Source: Candidatus Omnitrophota bacterium (GTDB lineage Bacteria > Omnitrophota > Gorgyraeia > S143-82). From it: 64,000 bases of DNA. Under the pieces are notes generated by a model. The model did no database searches, was not told the DNA's origin, and saw only the letters and a list, made by a program, of their open reading frames with translations. A program made the translations under genes and the position numbers. Of this stretch, positions 59,825 through 64,000 are shown piece by piece; within the stretch, counting starts at the first letter, position 1; the number at the start of each line of letters is the position of its first letter. The stretch is taken from assembly GCA_015494585.1 (NCBI GenBank), contig WGAY01000036.1, positions 9,462 to 73,461 on the forward strand, read 5' to 3'.

Positions 59825-61008
59825 TCAAATGGGTCCCTAGAGGAGTTTGCGCGCCAGAAGGATTCCAGGCAGGGGGGATTTCTTGTGGGATAAAAAAGGA
59901 GGGCCAGAAGGATCTTGCGCTGGTAATGTGCGAAGACGATATATGCAATGTAGCCGCTGTCTTCACCACAAACAGCATAGTAGCCCATCCTGTAAAGATA
60001 TCAAAAGAACGGATAAAAAACGGCTTTGCCCGCGCTGTATTGATAAACAGCGGCAATGCAAACTGTTGTACAGGCGAAGAAGGATACAAGGCTGCTATAA
60101 ACATCTCCAAAAAACTGGCAAAACTCATATACGACGAAGAAAAACACATCTTGATAGCATCTACAGGCATAATAGGCGTTCCGTTTCCAGAGAAAAAGAT
60201 ATTGGATAACCTTCCCTCCCTCGTCGAAAACACAGATACCGTAGGCCATACGTCTGCGGCAATGGCAATAATGACAACCGACACCTTTTCAAAAGAGGCC
60301 GCGGTAACCGCCACCACCCCTAAGGGTAAAATAACTATCGGTGGAATGGCAAAAGGGGCAGGGATGATATTCCCACATATGGCGACTATGATCGCCGTTT
60401 TAACTACCGATGTAAACATATCCACTGCCCTATTAAAATCAGCGCTAAAAGAGGCCGTCAATGAAACCTTCAATCGCATATCCGTTGACGGCGATATGAG
60501 CACAAACGATTCGGTATTCATATTGGCCAATAGCAGAGGGCTACACATAACCTCAAAGAAATCAAAAGAATACCGTATATTCGTAGAAAGTCTGAAAACC
60601 CTCTGCATGCGCCTTGCAGAAATGATAGTTAGAGACGGTGAAGGGGCTACCAGGTTTGTACGCATTACCGTTCAGGGTGCTTCCAGTCAAGACGAAGCCG
60701 TAAAGGTCGCCGAAAAAGTTGCTACATCCGCACTATTTAAGTGCTCTGTGTTCGGGGGAAAGATAGTCTGGGGAAGAATAGCCGCAGCAGTTGGTGCAGC
60801 CAGCAAACACGTCGAAGAAAAAAAGCTGGAGATAATCGCCAACAAACATATAGTCTTCAAAAAAGGCAAACCTATGATAACTCGCACCAAGGCCCTACTA
60901 ATTGACAAAGACCTGGATATAACTATAGACCTGCATCACGGTAAATTCTCTTATTATAAATTCACCTGCGATTTTTCTCCAAACTACGTACTCATCAATA
61001 AAGAATAA
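59821..61008 (+). CDS. argJ: Bifunctional glutamate N-acetyltransferase / amino-acid acetyltransferase
   Basis: GTG start overlapping the argC stop (GTGA), preceded by AAGGAGGGA. GFQAGGISCGIKK...TNS...ATML motifs; the autoproteolytic site is ...ATMIAVLTTD. Confidence 0.9.
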   Translation: MIKWVPRGVCAPEGFQAGGISCGIKKEGQKDLALVMCEDDICNVAAVFTTNSIVAHPVKISKERIKNGFARAVLINSGNANCCTGEEGYKAAINISKKLAKLIYDEEKHILIASTGIIGVPFPEKKILDNLPSLVENTDTVGHTSAAMAIMTTDTFSKEAAVTATTPKGKITIGGMAKGAGMIFPHMATMIAVLTTDVNISTALLKSALKEAVNETFNRISVDGDMSTNDSVFILANSRGLHITSKKSKEYRIFVESLKTLCMRLAEMIVRDGEGATRFVRITVQGASSQDEAVKVAEKVATSALFKCSVFGGKIVWGRIAAAVGAASKHVEEKKLEIIANKHIVFKKGKPMITRTKALLIDKDLDITIDLHHGKFSYYKFTCDFSPNYVLINKE

Positions 61009-61010
61009 AA

Positions 61011-61955
61011 ATGGAAGGAATCTCTCTATCCATTCATGCAGCGATCGGTGCGGTATTTCAGGTCCTGATACTCTCCTCCGTGGGGTATACACTGGCAAAA
61101 AGACAGGTTATAGATAGACATAGTCTGAAAGTGATAAGCAGACTACTCACCGATGTATTTTTGCCGGCATTCATAATATATCACACAGTAAATGGCCTGT
61201 CAGAGACAACCTTAAAACACTGGTACCTCTTCCCACTTCTGGGACTAATAATCTTGATAGCAGCTATGCTAATCGCCTGGCTCACGAGTATCGTCTTTAA
61301 GATACGGGCAAAAAAACTATTTCTAGCAACAATAGGCTTTCAGAATTGTGGGTATATGCCACTCATAATGGCTGGAATTCTATTCCCACCCCAGCAAGCA
61401 AAGATTATCTATACATGGATCTTCCTATTTCTAATAGGATTTAACCTGCTGGTATGGACGCTCGGCGTATTTTTAGTCAGCGGCACTATGCCAGGCAAAG
61501 AGAGCATAAAAAAGATATTCAACCTTCCCTTTATATCTACAGTTATAGCTATAGTAATTGGTCTGAACCACCTGCAGGGCTATATCCCTGAACCTGCAAT
61601 GTCAATATTAGAAATCCTATCTAGGCCGGTCCTGCCCCTATCTATGCTGGTAATGGGAGGCATACTCGGGCTAAACTGTATGACCTGTAACCTCGATCGC
61701 AAAACCCTTATGTTATCAGTCATAGTAAAACTCCTTGCACTGCCGCTCTTGGGCCTATTGGTACTCAATACACTTTTTAGCAATCTAGAGCATCTTTTGC
61801 GCTGGTTCATTCTGGTAGAACTATCCGTGCCAAGTGCTGTCTCCTTAGCCGTGATATCCGAATCCTATGGCGGCGATACCCCGTTTATAAGCCAGGTTCT
61901 GTTTTATACCCACATCCTGAGCATAATAACACTGCCAATATTTCTGTCTGTGTAA
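61011..61955 (+). CDS. Auxin-efflux-carrier (AEC) family membrane transporter
   Basis: About ten TM segments in the two-repeat AEC layout. Confidence 0.75.
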   Translation: MEGISLSIHAAIGAVFQVLILSSVGYTLAKRQVIDRHSLKVISRLLTDVFLPAFIIYHTVNGLSETTLKHWYLFPLLGLIILIAAMLIAWLTSIVFKIRAKKLFLATIGFQNCGYMPLIMAGILFPPQQAKIIYTWIFLFLIGFNLLVWTLGVFLVSGTMPGKESIKKIFNLPFISTVIAIVIGLNHLQGYIPEPAMSILEILSRPVLPLSMLVMGGILGLNCMTCNLDRKTLMLSVIVKLLALPLLGLLVLNTLFSNLEHLLRWFILVELSVPSAVSLAVISESYGGDTPFISQVLFYTHILSIITLPIFLSV

Positions 61956-62045
61956 AGGCTTTGCTTCAGTACAAAATAATGCAATAATTATATAGATAGA
62001 CAACACATTATAAACCTGAACAAACCTTCAAAAAAGGAGGGTAAT

Positions 62046-62216
62046 ATGAAAACCATTCTCACATTAATCATCCTCATACTGGACATAATAGCCATCTTAG
62101 ACGTTGTAAAAAGCTCCAAAGACACCGTTAAAAAAGCCCTGTGGATTGCGGTCATCATCTTCTTCCCGCTCATAGGAATGATAGTGTATTTCTTAATAGG
62201 CCAAGGAAAGGCATAG
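62046..62216 (+). CDS. Small membrane protein of the PLD-nuclease N-terminal-domain (PLDc_N-like) family, 56 aa
   Basis: Not in the ORF track (under 60 aa). Strong RBS AAAAGGAGGG 7 nt upstream. MKTILTLIILILDIIAILDVVKSSKDTVKKALWIAVIIFFPLIGMIVYFLIGQGKA carries the WxxxIxxxPxxGxxxYxxxG signature. Confidence 0.55.
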   Translation: MKTILTLIILILDIIAILDVVKSSKDTVKKALWIAVIIFFPLIGMIVYFLIGQGKA

Positions 62217-62227
62217 GGGAAAAAACT

Positions 62228-62262
62228 CGCTGCCTGAATAAAATTATTCAGGCGGTAGAACT
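62228..62262 (+). terminator. Hairpin terminator downstream of the AEC transporter and the small ORF
   Basis: CCTGAATAA-aa-TTATTCAGG stem extendable to 12-13 bp with G:U pairs, followed by the T-rich CTTATTCCTTCTTTT. It lies between convergent transcription units. Confidence 0.4.
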
Positions 62263-62760
62263 TATTCCTTCTTTTAATATGATTTACTCTAACTTTCAGC
62301 CAACTTTGACCCCCTAAAATCATAACTTTCTGGTAATAAATAAGAAAGGACAAATCAGATAGACGTAGGCACTAGGTTTCCTTGACTTGTATATAGGATT
62401 CTTGGCGGGATTGCGCAGCCTGTTGCCTTAAACGCAAAATGCGCTTCCTCCGGTAGCTCTGTGCGCATGATTATCTCTTTTCCCTTTACTCTAAAGCTTA
62501 CCACCTTTATCTGTTCTACTTTCCTGATTATCTCTCTATAGCTTAAATCCTCATCTATCTCTTTTAGCTTCCTCGTAAGATATACCTTTATCTGCAGGAC
62601 CCAAAAACATACAAATACATGCGCCCTTATCCTGCGCTCTATATAGTGACATCTCAGCTCTATCCCTAACTCACTCTATAGATCAGCTACTTTCTCATTT
62701 TAACCCTTTTCTTTGTGACGGGGAGAAGTACATTGACACTGCTGTTTTGAATTTCTAATC

Positions 62761-64000
62761 TCACGTATCCAGACCAATTCGGCGGTATATTTCTCCGATG
62801 TTCTTTACAAATCTGTCAGGTGAAAATATATTCTCCAGCTCATCTTCGCTTATGTGTTTTAAGATCTCCTTGTCAGACTTGACGAGCGATAGGAAGTCCG
62901 TGCCTTCATTCCAGGACATCATAGCATTGCGCTGGACCCATTCGTATGCCTTCATCCTCTCGACTCCCTTGTCCATCAATGCCGAGAGCAGACTTTGGGA
63001 ATAGATTAACCCATTAGTAAGATTTAGATTCCTTTTTATATTCTCTGGATAGACATTCAGATTCTCGAGTAGGCCCTTTAATTTTGAAAGCATATAATCC
63101 ACTAATATAGTGGCATCCGGAAATACCACCCTTTCAACTGATGAATGGCTTATATCTCTCTCGTGCCATAATGCAACATCTTCCATTGCCGCCAGGGCAT
63201 AGGAGCGTAATAGTCTTGCCTGCCCGGTCAACCGCTCTGAAAGTATCGGGTTGCGTTTGTGGGGCATTGCAGAAGAGCCCTTTTGCCCCTTTTTAAACGG
63301 TTCTTCTGCCTCCAGTACCTCTGTCCTCTGAAGGTGCCTTATCTCTATTGCGAACCGTTCAATGCTTGCGCCAAGCAGAGCAAGCGAAGTAATATAGGAT
63401 GCATGCCTGTCCCTGGGAACCACCTGTGTAGTGATAGAGCAGGGTTTTATTCCAAGTTTTTCGCACACATAGGCCTCTATCTGGGGCGGATTATGTGCAA
63501 AATTTCCAACCGCGCCTGAGAGCTTGCCCACTGCCACATCCTCTAGGGCCAATAGGATACGCCGTTTTGCCCTGGCAAGCTCATCGTAAAACAATGCAAA
63601 CTTCAGACCAAAGGTAATAGGCTCTGCATGTACTCCATGCGTGCGGCCTATACATATAAGGTCTTTGTAAGAAATGGCCTTTTGCCTGACAACAGACAAC
63701 AGCTTATCTATATCCTTCAAAATAATCTCTGTAGCCTGTTTAATCTGAACCGCAAAGGCAGTATCTATTAAGTCATTTGAAGTCAGTCCCTTGTGAAAAT
63801 AGGCCGCATACTCCCCTAGAGACTCTGAAACATTCTGAATAAAGGCAACGATATCATGATTGGTTACATTTTCCAACTCACTTATCCTCTTCACATCAAA
63901 GCTTGCCCTCTTCCTCATCTCTGCAACTACGTTTTCAGGAAAGAGCTTCAACACCACTGCCTGGGCTTCGGCAGTCAAAAGCTCTATCTCAAGCATAAGG
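62761..64000 (-). CDS. purB: Adenylosuccinate lyase (N-terminus probably beyond the window end)
   Basis: Fumarate-lyase signature GSSAMPHKRNP and the PurB C-terminal domain. Confidence 0.85.
   Translation of the reverse strand, partial: LMLEIELLTAEAQAVVLKLFPENVVAEMRKRASFDVKRISELENVTNHDIVAFIQNVSESLGEYAAYFHKGLTSNDLIDTAFAVQIKQATEIILKDIDKLLSVVRQKAISYKDLICIGRTHGVHAEPITFGLKFALFYDELARAKRRILLALEDVAVGKLSGAVGNFAHNPPQIEAYVCEKLGIKPCSITTQVVPRDRHASYITSLALLGASIERFAIEIRHLQRTEVLEAEEPFKKGQKGSSAMPHKRNPILSERLTGQARLLRSYALAAMEDVALWHERDISHSSVERVVFPDATILVDYMLSKLKGLLENLNVYPENIKRNLNLTNGLIYSQSLLSALMDKGVERMKAYEWVQRNAMMSWNEGTDFLSLVKSDKEILKHISEDELENIFSPDRFVKNIGEIYRRIGLDT

Noticed and set aside
59787-60665. 292 aa minus-strand ORF
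   Set aside because: Lies entirely antisense within argJ, whose conserved motifs are evident.
61988-62353. 121 aa minus-strand ORF
   Set aside because: Antisense to the well-supported RBS-led 56 aa PLDc_N gene and the terminator hairpin; Ile/Phe-rich AT-skew artefact.

Overview
This 64 kb bacterial window is gene-dense (about 60 CDS, roughly 90% coding). It is almost entirely minus-strand up to about 57 kb, then a short plus-strand island (rng-argC-argJ-AEC transporter), then minus-strand again (purB). The core content is housekeeping genes: ligA, recO, rnhB, yraN, pcm, dxr, cdsA, uppS, hisF, maf, folD, metF, argC, argJ, rng, purB, V/A-type ATPase subunits A/B/D, a tmRNA, tRNA-Met(CAT) and tRNA-Asp(GTC). 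Interleaved with these are accessory or unusual loci. (i) Three copies of a roughly 300 bp homologous intergenic element sit immediately upstream of rnhB, moxR and a small zinc-ribbon gene. They contain internal inverted 'AAAAYCCACAACTMAAA' motifs and a conserved terminal 'CTAATGCATAATCCGG' micro-ORF. (ii) A polysaccharide-utilisation cluster contains a ROK regulator, a putative 90 kDa outer-membrane beta-barrel, two paralogous clan GH-A hydrolases, a protein made of two tandem CBM-like domains, a TPR lipoprotein and a sugar ABC importer. (iii) A PEP-CTERM protein sits next to a LuxI/FeeM-like acyltransferase and a PaaK/CapK-like ligase. (iv) GspG/GspH-like pseudopilins and a lone GspF-like platform protein are embedded in housekeeping operons. 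(v) Several large proteins have no recognisable family: a 928 aa membrane protein, a 1098 aa cytoplasmic protein and twin 201 aa membrane proteins. A membrane-anchored thermonuclease with a Cys-rich tail lies in the same region. No CRISPR array, integrase or transposase was seen. All functional calls come from motif-level reading of the translated ORFs; nothing was searched against databases.
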